This document shows positions 12,671 through 24,947 of a stretch of DNA of 64,000 nucleotides, piece after piece. Both the position numbers and the translations under genes were made by a program. The first letter of the stretch is position 1. Every line of letters starts with the position of its first letter. The notes beneath the pieces were generated by a model. It made no database searches. It had not been told where the DNA came from and was given only the letters and a program-made list of their open reading frames with translations. Origin of the DNA: Yuukianura sp. NJ FZ-2021 (taxonomy: Eukaryota); the NCBI GenBank assembly GCA_046563655.1, contig CM102285.1, positions 868,001 to 932,000 on the forward strand. The letters run 5' to 3'.

Positions 12671-15237
12671 ATGATACCAGAATTTGTATCTCTCGCAAAT
12701 TTGATAACCTTTACCTTGAGTACTGAAAGTGTTACTATCGACTACAACAAATACCTCGCTCCGTACAAAGCCAATTGTCACTCAGTTGCTATTGTAATCC
12801 ACTTTGACTATGTTGACCTCGTACCGTTCACTTCTCCTGTTGAACTACGGACACTAGGCTACATTGGTCCACGAACTTTAGTTTCTGACGCATGTCCAAT
12901 ATCAAATTTAACAACTCAACATCAGATTAATCAGCGTATTGGGTACCTCTGGCAAACGTTGACAAAACGTTCTTGTCTTGCGCTATTTGTCAACTACCAA
13001 TCTCAATTGCATGACTACTACTGGAACGTGCTAATGTACCAATTACATTACTTCTGGAGTGTATTCAACTTAAATTCAAATCCATTTAAATTCACAATAG
13101 AGGCTTTTGACAAAATCTTCATGAATCCGTATTCAAAATATTTCATCACTTTTGGAAGATTTGCATACTTGAACGTCGTCGGAAGTTCTCGAATTTCTGG
13201 TAATTTTCAAGAAAGTTTCTATGGAAATGCGTATATTAGGAGGCATTGTATTTGGTCGTGCGCAGATATACGTCTCCTCTGCGCACCCGTCTTTACGCAA
13301 GTTCTTTTCCTTGACGTTGATAGTCCAAATCAATTCAAAAGTGTATCATGCGTTTTTCTACTACACATTGGCATTGGTATGACGAACAACCAATGGAAAA
13401 AAGCCATGGTTGTTACAAATAAACCCATTGGAGCATTTTCACTCCAAGAATTGGCGCGAATTTCACTCGTCAATAGAAATGAGTGCGGAAATTTCAAATT
13501 CCGAATTATAACTGCCCGAGAGGTTCCCCCCAAAAACAATTTCTTTTTGAGTGAAACCAAGAATGAAGTGGACATGATTGGCGACATAGCGGAGACCGGA
13601 AAAGAAGCTGACTTAGAAAAAAATTTGGAGTTACACAATCTCCTGCTTGGAAAATTATTTTTTGGCGCCATTCCAAATATAACTGTGCACATTCTTTACG
13701 TTAATCATAGTAACTCGGACTTTCAGAAAATCTACTTGGAATATAAATACTTCACTACCTACTTTAGAATTCAAGGTAATGCGTATCAACCTTACGGGTC
13801 AACTGAACATTACGTTTCCATGAAAACGGTGGCATACACTTTCTTAGCATGTCATCAAGTAGTGCATGGGAGGTCATTTGATTCATACGTTAAGCCTCTT
13901 GACCCCGAAGTTTGGATTGCTCTGACCTTGACCTTGACCTTGGTCATTCCACTCTCATTTTACTTTTTACTCAAGAGGGACAATAACGTACCGTTCTTCA
14001 TCTACGCATACATTATGGAACAAGGACCAAGTCTACGCGCAGCCACGCAGGGTCTGCGCATGTTCAAACTCCTCATCATGTCACTGTCAATCATCACGAT
14101 CATTCTGGGCAATGGCTACCGGAGTGTCGTCACAACGGAACTTTTGGCACCAAAACTCGCTTCGCGTGTGGAGACATTTGAGGATATCAAAGGTTCAGGA
14201 GGAAAAACATATAAACTGTATTACTGCCCCCAAGACCACAATCACTACTTTAACCTCTGTCTTGACGCATCTAATTACTGGGACTGTTTTGTTAATCGAA
14301 TCAGTAGCGATCCATACCAACCTCACCAAAGAATCATGATCTATGACGACTATTCAATAGCAAAAGTTAGAAAAAGTGGCGGTAACATCACAGAAAAATT
14401 GTCAAAGCTATTCTACTGGCGTAACATAATGGAAATTATGGTACATCCCGCGAAATTCAACTGGACAAAAAAACAATGTGCTGCCAGCGTTTACTTTAGT
14501 ACAGGTAACCAAATAACATGTTGTGTATATTTTTAGGTACCTTGACAACGAGAAGTTGTTGTTTTGTTTGTTTTTCGGTAACGAAAAACAGACAAAACCA
14601 CAACTTTTCGTTGTCAAGGAACCTTGTTCTTAAATATTGATTTATGCATATAATATTTTCATATTATGTACGCAGCTAATTATGTACATACCAATAAGTT
14701 GTTTACATAGCATATCACGCGTTATTTACATAACATATTATGTACATACTATGCACATGATAATATATTCACACATAAACGGTATTGGTTTAAAATGTAG
14801 AGGAAGACGTGAAGAAGCACATCCTTATCTTTCGAGCTCGAGAAAAACAAAATGGCGAGAATTCTGATCTTGAATTTTACCTGGGAAAAGAAAAGAAATT
14901 TCAACTCGACAGAGGAATTTTTGTTGAAAATTTGCACTACCTCGGTGAATACGGGTTCAAACGAGTAGGCGGAAGTTTGCAGTCTGGAATTTTGGAATAT
15001 TTGAATTCACGATTTGAGCGGGAAAAGGAGCGCCTTTTTTCCGCCAGATTAAATCAAACACGCCAATCAACCAAAAAACCAACAAAACTTGGACTCAACA
15101 TAAACATCCAAACGCTGTTCGTCTCGAATTTGACTTTGCTTGCAGTCGCTGTTGTCATCTTTTTTGTCGAACTAAGATCACAGATTGCATCTGTCTTAAA
15201 ATCCCGTCTAAGCTCAGTTGAGCAATTCACACATTGA
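12671..15237 (+). CDS. Divergent ionotropic receptor copy 3; exons 12671-14504, 14801-15237
   Basis: Paralogous sequence, same TM motifs and intron position. Confidence 0.85.
14535..14624. repeat. ~90-bp near-perfect palindrome (tiny foldback element) in the IR3 intron
   Basis: AGGTACCTTGACAACGAGAAGTTGTTGTTTTGTTTGTTTTTCG...CGAAAAACAGACAAAACCACAACTTTTCGTTGTCAAGGAACCT. One arm resembles ~8935-8975. Confidence 0.8.
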
Positions 15238-15847
15238 CACAATTAGACACGGTTGACCAGTTGATGCAATTCTAGTTGAAATAATTCTGTTGATGTAATG
15301 GGAGTTGATGTAATTTAATTGACACAATGGCGTGTAACGTAGGATGTAGGAGAACTACAGACTTCAGATCCTGACGGAATTGGAAATCGTGTTGACATGC
15401 AACAGAAAGGCACATCAAAAAAAAGTTAGGTGTTTATACAATTTTGAAAGACGTTTGGAGTTGAAAGCTTATGGAAAATTATAGTTTTTTTTATCATTTC
15501 ATGAAATGTATACCCATGACGTGTCAAAAGTGGTGAACGGAGAAAAATTTAAAAATTTGGCACAATGGTATGTCAAGCAGCTTTTTGCATATTTTAAATT
15601 GTTTGGATTGACCTTATCTTTTTCGCCCCATAATAAAACTTAATTTTATTTATTACTTATTATACAATTTTATTAGTATAATCAATATCACCTGGGAGAA
15701 CTATGCAAAACAAAGAGGTTCTAATTTATAAATATTAAGTGCAAAACAACCGAACTACACAAAATATCACTCTTTCTGTTTTATGTGAAAGGTATTTGTC
15801 AGTGGTGGAGATTAGTTTTGAAATTTTTGGAAAACCTATTTCAAAAA

Positions 15848-18574
15848 ATGATTCCAAAATTTGTATTTCTCTCAAATTTGATAGCCTTTACATTGAGTAT
15901 TGAAACAATCTCTATCGACTACAACAAATATCTCGTTCCGTACGAGGACAACTGCCACTCAGTTGTTATTGTAATCCACTTTTACTTTGTTGACCTCGCA
16001 CCGTTCACTTCTCCAGTGGAACTACGTACGCTTGGCTACATTGGTCCACGAACTAAGGTTTCAGACTTATGCCCAATATCAAATTGGACAACTCAAGATC
16101 TGATTAATCAGCGAATTGGGTATTTCTGGCAGATTTTGACAAAACGTAGTTGTCTTGCGCTGTTTGTCAACTACCAATCACACTTGCATGACTACTACTG
16201 GAAAGTTTTAATGTACCAATTGCATTACTTCTGGAGTGTATTCAATTCAAATTCATATTCAATTGATGTCACGGGCGAGGGGATTGAAAAAATCTATACT
16301 TATCCCGGCGCAAAGTATTTTATGACATTTGGAGTCTCTGCGTACTTGAACGTAGTCGGAAGTTCTCGCATTTCTGGTAAATTTGAAGAGCGGTTCTATG
16401 GACATGCGTACATGAGGTATTGTGCACGATTGTGTGTAGAATGGACTCGCCTCTGCCCACCCGTCTTCACTCAACTTTTTTTCCATGACGTTGATGCCCC
16501 AAATCAATTCAAAAGTGTATCATGCATTTTTCTCAGGCACAGTCGTAGATTGGCTGGTCTGACGCACAGCCAATGGCAAAAAACCCTGGTTGTTACCAAC
16601 AAACCTATTGGAGTATTTTCACTTCAAGAATTGGCACAAAATTCACTCGTCAACAGAAGAAATTGCGGAAATTTCAAATTCCTAATTCTTAGCTTCACTC
16701 AGCCACACCCCAAAACCAATTTCCTTCTGAGTGAAACGAAGCATGAATTGGACATAATTGGCGACATAGCAGATACTGGAACTGACGCTGAAAAAACTTC
16801 GGAGTTGCACAATCTCCTGCTCGGAAAGCTGCTGTTTGGCGCCATTCCAAATATAACGGTAAACGTGTTTCGCTACAGTTTTAATAACAAATCGCAAAAT
16901 AGACCTAGACTTCTAAGTCTCTACGTGCACTCTAAATACAATACTTCTTGCTTCAGAATCGAGGATCATGCACATCAATCGTATGGGCCAGCTCAACATT
17001 ACGTTCCCACGGAAACGCTATCATACACTTTCTTAGCATGTCATCAAGCAGTGCATGGCAGGTCCTTTGATTCATATGTTAAGCCTCTTGACCCCGAAGC
17101 TTGGATTGCAGTGACCTTGACCTTGACCTTGGTCATTCCACTCTCATTTTACTTTTTACTCAAAAGAGACAACCAACTACCGTTCTTCATCTACGCTTAC
17201 ATTATGGAACAAGGTCCAAGTCTACGCGCAGCCACGCAGGATCTGCGCGTGTTCAAACTCCTCATCATGTCACTGTCACTCATCACAATCATTTTGGGTA
17301 ATGGCTACAGGAGTGTCGTTACAACAGAACTTTTGGCGCCAAAACTCAGTTCGCGCGTGGAGACATTTGAGGATATCAAAGGCTCAGGAGGGAAGGCATA
17401 TAAAATGTATTATAGTATCACAGCCAAGAATGCCTACGCTAGCCTCTGTGTTGAGTCAACTAACGACACAAGATGTCGTTTTAATCAACTCATTACTAGC
17501 CAAGAACAACCTTTCACAAGAATCCTAACATACGACCAAGTTCTTCTACAAAGGCTTAGAAACAGTGGTGGTAACTCCACCAAAAAATTGTCAAAGCTAT
17601 TCCTTTGGCAAGATATTCTGGAACAGCTAGCATTGGATTCCGATAATCCGATGCAACCATTCCGATGGACAAGAGAAAAATGCGAAGCTAACGTCTACTT
17701 TAACACAGGTAACCAAATGACATACTATCTACATATTTGGAAATATTGATATATTTATATCGATATGTATATAATATGTTCATAGCATATGATTTACCTA
17801 CTGTGTATCATGGACATAATATGCAGTGTTGTTCACGTTTCACGTAGTGGTTGTTGTTCACCCACAAATATTGTTACGGGAATATTCAATATTTTCAAAA
17901 GTTATTTACAAAATTGTGGGAAGATTCCCACGCAAGTTCTTTTCTAAATAAGTTTTTCTGGATCTGCTCTTCAGAATGTTTAATTTTAAATAGATATGCC
18001 ATATGGGAATGACTTGGCGTTTATACTTTTACGTGAACAACATTGTATATTCACATAAACACACTAAAAGGTATTGGCTTCAAATGTAGAGGAAAACGTG
18101 AAGAAGCGTATCCTCATGTTTCGAGCACAAGAACAACAACATGGCGATAATTCTGACGTGGAGTTTTACCTTGGAAACGAAAAGAAATTTCAAATCGACA
18201 GAGGAATTTACATTGAAAATTTATACTACCTTGGTGAATACGGATACCGAAGAGTTGGCGGAACTTTGCAGGCTGGAATTTTGGAATATTTGAATTCTCG
18301 ATTTGAGCGGGAAAAAGCGCGCCTTTTTGCCGCCAGATTGAACCAAACATACTATTGGCCAAAACCTAAAAAACTTGGTCTCAACATAAACATCCAGACT
18401 CTGTTTCTGTCAGCAATCACTCTACTCGCAGTCGCTCTTTTTCTCTTTTTCTTTGAAATTCGTTCCTATCTTGTGTCCGTTGTGAAAAGTTCGTGTTGTT
18501 TTTTTCGTAATCTAAAAAATTTCGTCAAAAACCATTTCAATTTCAGGAACTTATTTCAAAAAACGCTTCAATGA
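15848..18574 (+). CDS. Divergent ionotropic receptor copy 4; exons 15848-17708, 18090-18574
   Basis: Paralogous sequence, same TM motifs and intron position. Confidence 0.85.
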
Positions 18575-19156
18575 ATTTAATCACCACATATAACAGCCAT
18601 TGCATGTTTTAAATATTCCACTGCATCGTCTTCTTAATCCAACCAATCAAAATTGAAATACATTATGAATGAATGAATGAATATAATACATACTGAATCA
18701 ATAAAACCATAGAAATGTATACAAAACAAAATGGCTACAATTTGAATCTTTAATATTTCTACCATCAAATAGCATAACAGTTTAATAGAGACATTTCAAA
18801 CTTATTCATCTACCGGGCAAGAAAATTTGGTTTGAAATTAGTTTTTTGTTGTTGTTACGATGTCACAAAAGTTTATATTTTTAGTAAGTATGATTCCTTC
18901 CTTGCAGTTGATACTATATAGCGAAAGCTACTTATTGGTTTTTCATTGTTTGTTTGTCTGTCTGTATGCAAAGGTCAACCTTTTTTCCTTTTCTGTTTCT
19001 TTTTATATTATAATTAAATTAAATTAAATTATAACTTTCACCATTGCATAAAAGCATTACATACTACATACTACTACATATTTGCATAAAACGTAATGTA
19101 ATATAAGACAATACAAATTAAAATACTTTTAGTCATATTTTAATATGTGTTAAAGT

Positions 19157-19867
19157 TCAAGAAATGAGAGCAGGTACAATGTCAGTCAATAAATTAGATG
19201 GAATAAATATGATTGGCAGTGCAAGTAGTAGAAGTGGAATAATAAATATTGGAATTATAAACCAACCGTAGGCGACACTCACTTCTTTTAAAAATACCAA
19301 CCCAATACCAAAAACTACTGTTGCTTGTGGAATTGACATTTTAAAGTTAAACTCCGGTTGAGGATGTATTTGCCTTCGAAAAATAGATTCTTCATCGTGA
19401 TCTAAAAAAAATCAGAAATACTAATTACTAATTAGTATTGAATTCCAACTAATTCACGTTCCTCTTCAAAACATCTTCTCCAAACAAAAACTTTGTGTCA
19501 TCTATTTTTAAAAAATCGGCGAAACAAAGACGAATTTGCGTTGTATATAAAATGTTTTCATGTTTGTAAGAAGCGTTTTGTACTTTACGAAAAACGTTTT
19601 AGGTTACGTTTGGTTGTTATTTAAAAAAAACGTTTTGAAACAAACTAGAAGAAAAGAAAACGTTTTAAATCTAAACCGTACTAACCTCAACACAGACACC
19701 AAGACATAAGAATTTATAGAAAATACTAAAAAGTTTGAGTAGAATTTTGAGCTATATTGAAAAAAACAAATTTAGTCTTCAAATTTACCTCCAACTTGTC
19801 GGTGCTGGTGGTTGTCAAACATTTCTAAATTTTGGAAATTTGCAACGGCAAGCAAAACACAGTCCAT
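19157..19867 (-). CDS. Small orphan membrane protein, 107 aa; exons 19867-19789, 19401-19157
   Basis: ACCATGG start. A phase-1 GTAAAT...TTTTTTTAG intron joins MDCVLLAV...RQVG in frame to DHDEESIF...KMSIPQ.... The C-terminal half is strongly hydrophobic. Confidence 0.45.
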
Positions 19868-22569
19868 GGTTAATACGAAAACGAAAATTAAAACAAACCG
19901 CAGCATTTTGAACGTAAATCAAAAAAGTTGCACTGAGTTTGGCCTTCTAGGCTTACTTCGTTTTGATGTCATTGAAAACATGAAATTGCAGCTTCTTCGT
20001 GACATCCCGGTTTCATGATTTTTGCAGAACGAAGACTCTAGTGTATTAACCCAATTGTTGACATAAGATCAACTTAGTAAGTTTAGTGCAAATTATTGTG
20101 AAGCAATTGCAAAGTATTGGACAACAATGTCAAATAGTGACCACAAGCAAGTCAGTAATGATAGGGACTCCACCTTTGCCGTCACTCGTGTGAAACTTGA
20201 TGACATGACATCAGGTACAGGGTAGTACTTTTGTTTTAAACGGACGTTTTAAGCAGGTTGCTTTGAGCGTTTTAAACGCTTTTTTAAAACTAATGGTAAA
20301 TTTTGTTTTTAAACAAAACGCAGAAAACTGGCAAAATTACGCAAAAAATTAGCAGAATTTAGTTGAAACTGCTAAATGCTAAATCTTCAGTAGAGATGTG
20401 ACAATTGCTCCTCAAATTTGAAATCTGTCATGATAACAAAAATCTGGCTTTTGAGTTTTTTAGACTAAGGTACTTATCCTAACCCCAACGATACAAAAAT
20501 CACAACGCGTCGAAAAAACTAAAAAAAAACAGCTTCCTAAATTTTGTAAAAGTTTTAACATTTCTTTAAATGCGGCCTTTGGATTATAGGATTTTTTTGT
20601 CAAAATTTGGACGTGAACAGCATTTCAGAAGTTTTTCGTCTCGTGTAAATTGTTTTATGGTTTTTGTGATTGTTGATTGTTAAGATAAAGATTGCTGTAT
20701 TTCTTGTTTTTTTTTCAAAAGCCAGTTTACTACTTTAATTTGAAAAGGCGGAAATTTTAAAAGAATTTTGAACCGTAATTAAATTGTTGCTGCAAGAAAA
20801 CAGCATCATCATCAACGGGATTATCTTAATGTGACTGTTGGTTTGAATTTGACACACAAAGTAAAAGAAAAGCTTTGAAGTTAGAAACAAAAAATTTAAT
20901 TTTTTTTTTTCAAAAATTGAAATTGTTAAAATTGTGAACATTTTTGTCGGAGGGTTAGTATAAGTAACGTTAAGCTCGTAGAGATTTTTGAACGACGTAA
21001 ATCCCACTTGCTTCCCGTCGTATCGAACTCTTCGATCTGAAAAATTCCATTAGCAAAGGTATGTTTTCAATTTCAATTTTTTTCAGATGTCTAAGCTCGT
21101 TACAGTTTCGGTTTTCAACATTTCGAAATTGGGCAATTTTCTGCTCCAAATTTTGAAAATCGTTTCAACACCAAAAAACTATGAAAAATCATGATATACA
21201 AAAACCAAATCAGCAACAATTGAAGGAAAGTCTCATTTTCTTTTTTTTAAAAAACTTTTTAAGATTTTCAAAATTTACATTTTCAAAATACTTTCATTTT
21301 TTGTCACAAAGATATTCCCAAGGTTTTCGTCGAGTTTGAAAAAAAAAGTGTCGTCTGCCTAAGTGTTTATGGTGACACTAAGACTTTTAGGTGTGAAAAT
21401 TTGGTTTATTGGAACAATTGAATTTTGGAGCCTGTTCGCCCGAGGTGTTAGAAAAAATTTGTTCTTTTAAAAACATAGTTGAAACTTTTATAATCCGAAT
21501 TTTAAAAAGTAGCGGGATTTCATGTCTGCCGCCCAAAACCTTTGGAGTCCCAAACTAAAAAGTGGTTAGACTCATTTGTTACTTTCTAACGTCGCCAGAA
21601 CTAAACTGTCTTCAGGTAACTAACAACTCTGCTCTGCTTCCGAAAAGTTTTTGAAAAAAAAAGTTTTTGCTTCTGAAAAGTTTATGAAAATTTTGTTGAC
21701 CTTTGACCTCAATTGACTTGCAGACAGATATTTATGTGCATAGGTAAACATTGTCTAAGAAAAGAACAAGTGGATGTTCCAAGAAAAACATCTTTGATGA
21801 ACAGGGAGTTGATGAACAACACTTTCAAGAAGAAAAAACTAACTAAAAAGAAGCGCTTCTTTAGCACATAAAAATTTAGTGAAAAAAAAATTGCATTTTT
21901 TCAACAAATTTTTGTTCCCAAAAAAGCTGTGTGAAATTCACAGAAATTTCAGGAAAGTTCGTTCGTAGCCAAAACAAAAATTTTGTTAGGAAAATTTGTA
22001 AGCAAATTTCCAGCAGTTTCATTTTTTTTAGTTGCATTGACCTTTCGCAGGTTTTAATTATTTTTACGATGTGAGTTTTAGTGGAGGTGTGATTTTTATT
22101 GTAAGAGTGGTGAAATTGTTGTATAATTATTTGTATTAATTGTTTTTGTGTTGATTATATTTAATTTTATTGTGTAAACTTAACATGTTTGGTTCTTAAA
22201 AGCTTTTTGATGTAAAACTGCACCAGGATTCAGAAGATCCAGGATACTCATTGGATTTTCCTAGAATTCACACGGATCTTTCCATGTTGTTTGACGTTGT
22301 GTGATGCACAGAAGAAGTAAAACTTTTGTGATTCACAGTTCATTTCCATGAGAGTTCAAATCCAAACCAAGTCATAGGAAACAAAAATTGATTTTCAGGA
22401 AACTTTTAGGGTTGAAGTGAACCAACAACGCTTTAATTGTAACCATCAAATTGAAACTCGTAACCACGTGATGTAAGGATGTAACTATCACAATAGTCAG
22501 AATTGTAACCTTTGCAACACTGACATGCTTACAGTCCCTTCCCTGTACATACTATATTTTGTTGTAAAA

Positions 22570-22690
22570 GCCGACCACCTACCACTTGCTCTACCACCGA
22601 CCACTTCACGACTACCCAACAATTACTCTACCACCGACCACCCACCACTTGATCGAGCACCTACCACTTCCCTTCCACCGACCACTTCCT
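22570..22690. repeat. Degenerate minisatellite (ACCACCGACCACTTC-like units)
   Basis: Repeated CCGACCAC/CTACCAC motifs are visible. Confidence 0.6.
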
Positions 22691-22743
22691 TAGAGTGATT
22701 TCTTCCTTTGAGTACAAGCAGCTGAGCTCGGCTTTCCTTCAAC

Positions 22744-23001
22744 GGAAGCAGGCCATAATCTAAGCAACAAAAATCTAAGCACGCCAAAATCTAAGCAAGC
22801 CAAAATCTAAGCATGATCTTACAGTTGATTTGGATTAGGTTTTAATGGTTAGGTTAGTTAGGTTAGGTTCTAATTAACGTTAGGTTAGGTTTGGTTAGCA
22901 TAATTTCATTGCTAACTACGTAATTTAGCATGCTTAGATTTTTGGTTGCTTAGATTTTGGCTTGCTTAGATTTTTGTCGCTTAGATTATGGCATGGACTC
23001 C
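22744..23001. mobile_element. Foldback-like MITE with 15-bp AAAATCTAAGC subterminal repeats
   Basis: Four AATCTAAGC units on the left and four GCTTAGATT units on the right, with a (GGTTA)n core. Exact 7-bp TSD CTTCAAC (22737-22743 and 23002-23008). Confidence 0.85.
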
Positions 23002-24947
23002 CTTCAACCACCTTTTTAAACCTGCATGCATGCATATTTGGCCGTAGTTGATGCTCTCGATCATCGAAATGTGCAAGACACCTCTGCAGTAATTAGTTCC
23101 ATCCACACCAAGAAAACAAACTGTTCTTTCCTATTACTCCTCGTAAATGTAATGAATTTGGTGCTCAGAGGAATTTCATGTTTGCAACGAACAAGTCAAG
23201 TGCCAACTTCTGGTTTTGCACCCACTTTCAAGGTGAGGCACAAGGCTAAAACCTTGCTCAACTGGTTGAACTCCGGTGAACCACAAAACGAACTTCTTCC
23301 TCAACAGTTACGCGGAATTTCTCAAAAACTGTGGCAAAAAACAAAATTTTTCGGTTTTTGAAAACAACGAATTTCAAATTTCTAAAAAAAAAAAATTGTG
23401 AATTTTAGTACCTGGAAACAAAACAGAAGAGTGGGATGCAAAAAAAAAAATCTATTTTACTTTTCTTGAATTCATGCAAAATTTATGATTCCAAACGAAT
23501 ACAAAAATTCTGCGGAGTTTAAAATTCCAAAAGAAAAAACAAGAGGAAAAACAACAATTTTTAGATTTTAGGTAAAATTTATGTTTCTAAAAGGTTTTTA
23601 AGTTTTATTGGTCATAACATTTTGACCAATGAATTTTTTTTTGTTGAACTTAAAGATGCGCACTTTTTGAAAGTTTTAAAACTTCAAAATTTTATTGGCC
23701 TGCTGTACGTTACTTACTGAATTTTTACAACCTGGTTTTATCATGCGGCTCTGTGATGCTCCTTTGCAAATATTCCGCATTCCGCTAAAACTTTTGCTAT
23801 TAATTTTACAAGGTAAAGATGACTTGATTTATGTCAGTAGCTAGCCAGCAACTGCTCCATAAGTCAATGTCAAAGCACATGAAAAAACCACAACAATTTC
23901 AAACTTTAAATTCAGCGCCAAGTCCGCTTTTTTTGAAAATTCCGCGCCGTGACGATACAGACGACAAACAACAACTCGCTACCTGTATTTTCTCAACAAT
24001 CTTATCTTTTTTGCAAAAAAAAAAGCAAGAATTAAACTTTTGTCAACAATTTCTTCAATCTTCAGCAAAAAAATTCAATATTTTGTTAAAATACTTCATA
24101 TTTTCAGAAACTGAAATAAACAGACAACAATTTTTTCTGAAAAACAAGTGCAAAGTGAATTTTAAACAAACACAGTTTTCTCAAAACTTTCAATTTTTCA
24201 AAGTCCGTAAAAAATTTACCTTATTTTTTAAAAAAATTTCACAAAATGCTCGGTTTTTAAACAAAAAATTTTTTTGTCTATATCTTAAGAGTTTTCCGTT
24301 TTCAAAGAACTTGTCGCAATTAGGATTTTTGGATTTGGAAGACTTTTGGTCCGTTTCGTGGAATTTGCGGCAGGTTGGGGACATGGAAGGATTGAAAGGG
24401 CGTCGGCTTTTGGTAAACTTTTTGAAAAAGTGTTTGTTCTAAAAATGTTTTGTTCAAACAAGGTAACTTTTCTAAAGTAGAACAGAGACGTTTTAAGCCA
24501 CCCAGTTGATGGAGACAAGAAAACTGCTGTGGGTAAAGTGGGATAATCGCTGGGAACAAAAGCCTTTTCAATTCTGCTCAACCACTTCCAAAGAATCTCT
24601 TGGCCTCTCAACACGTTTGGCACACACCAAGTGCAGCACTAACAGTTTTAAGTTCAATAGTGATTCAAAATTTTGAAAAAGTTTCAAAAAAGAAAATTTT
24701 GAACAAACTTTACTTTGAACAAGATTTACGTCGTACCAATACCAAATTAGACCCAAAATTTAACAAATTTTACAAAAGGAAGAAAAATTTCATGTCTGTA
24801 AATGAAGTTTGTTTTTCCGAAAGTGAAAGTTTGCATGCCGTTTGAAAATTTAGTAGTGAAACGCCGCAGTTTCAAAAAGTGAGACTCCAGTGACTTTTTC
24901 AAAAATTTCCAAGCAATTTTTTTTTTCGAAATTTGCACTAACTGGAT

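Noticed and set aside
20128-21870. Possible plus-strand gene (ATGTCAAAT...TCAG|GTACAG and later splice-like sites)
   Set aside because: No consistent in-frame exon chain could be built; these may be non-coding or 5' UTR exons.
22830-22900. TTAGG-like repeats as telomeric sequence
   Set aside because: Short, degenerate and internal to a MITE with a TSD.
23831-24442. 203-aa ORF
   Set aside because: K/F/N-rich translation of A/T tracts with no domain or splice support; likely spurious.
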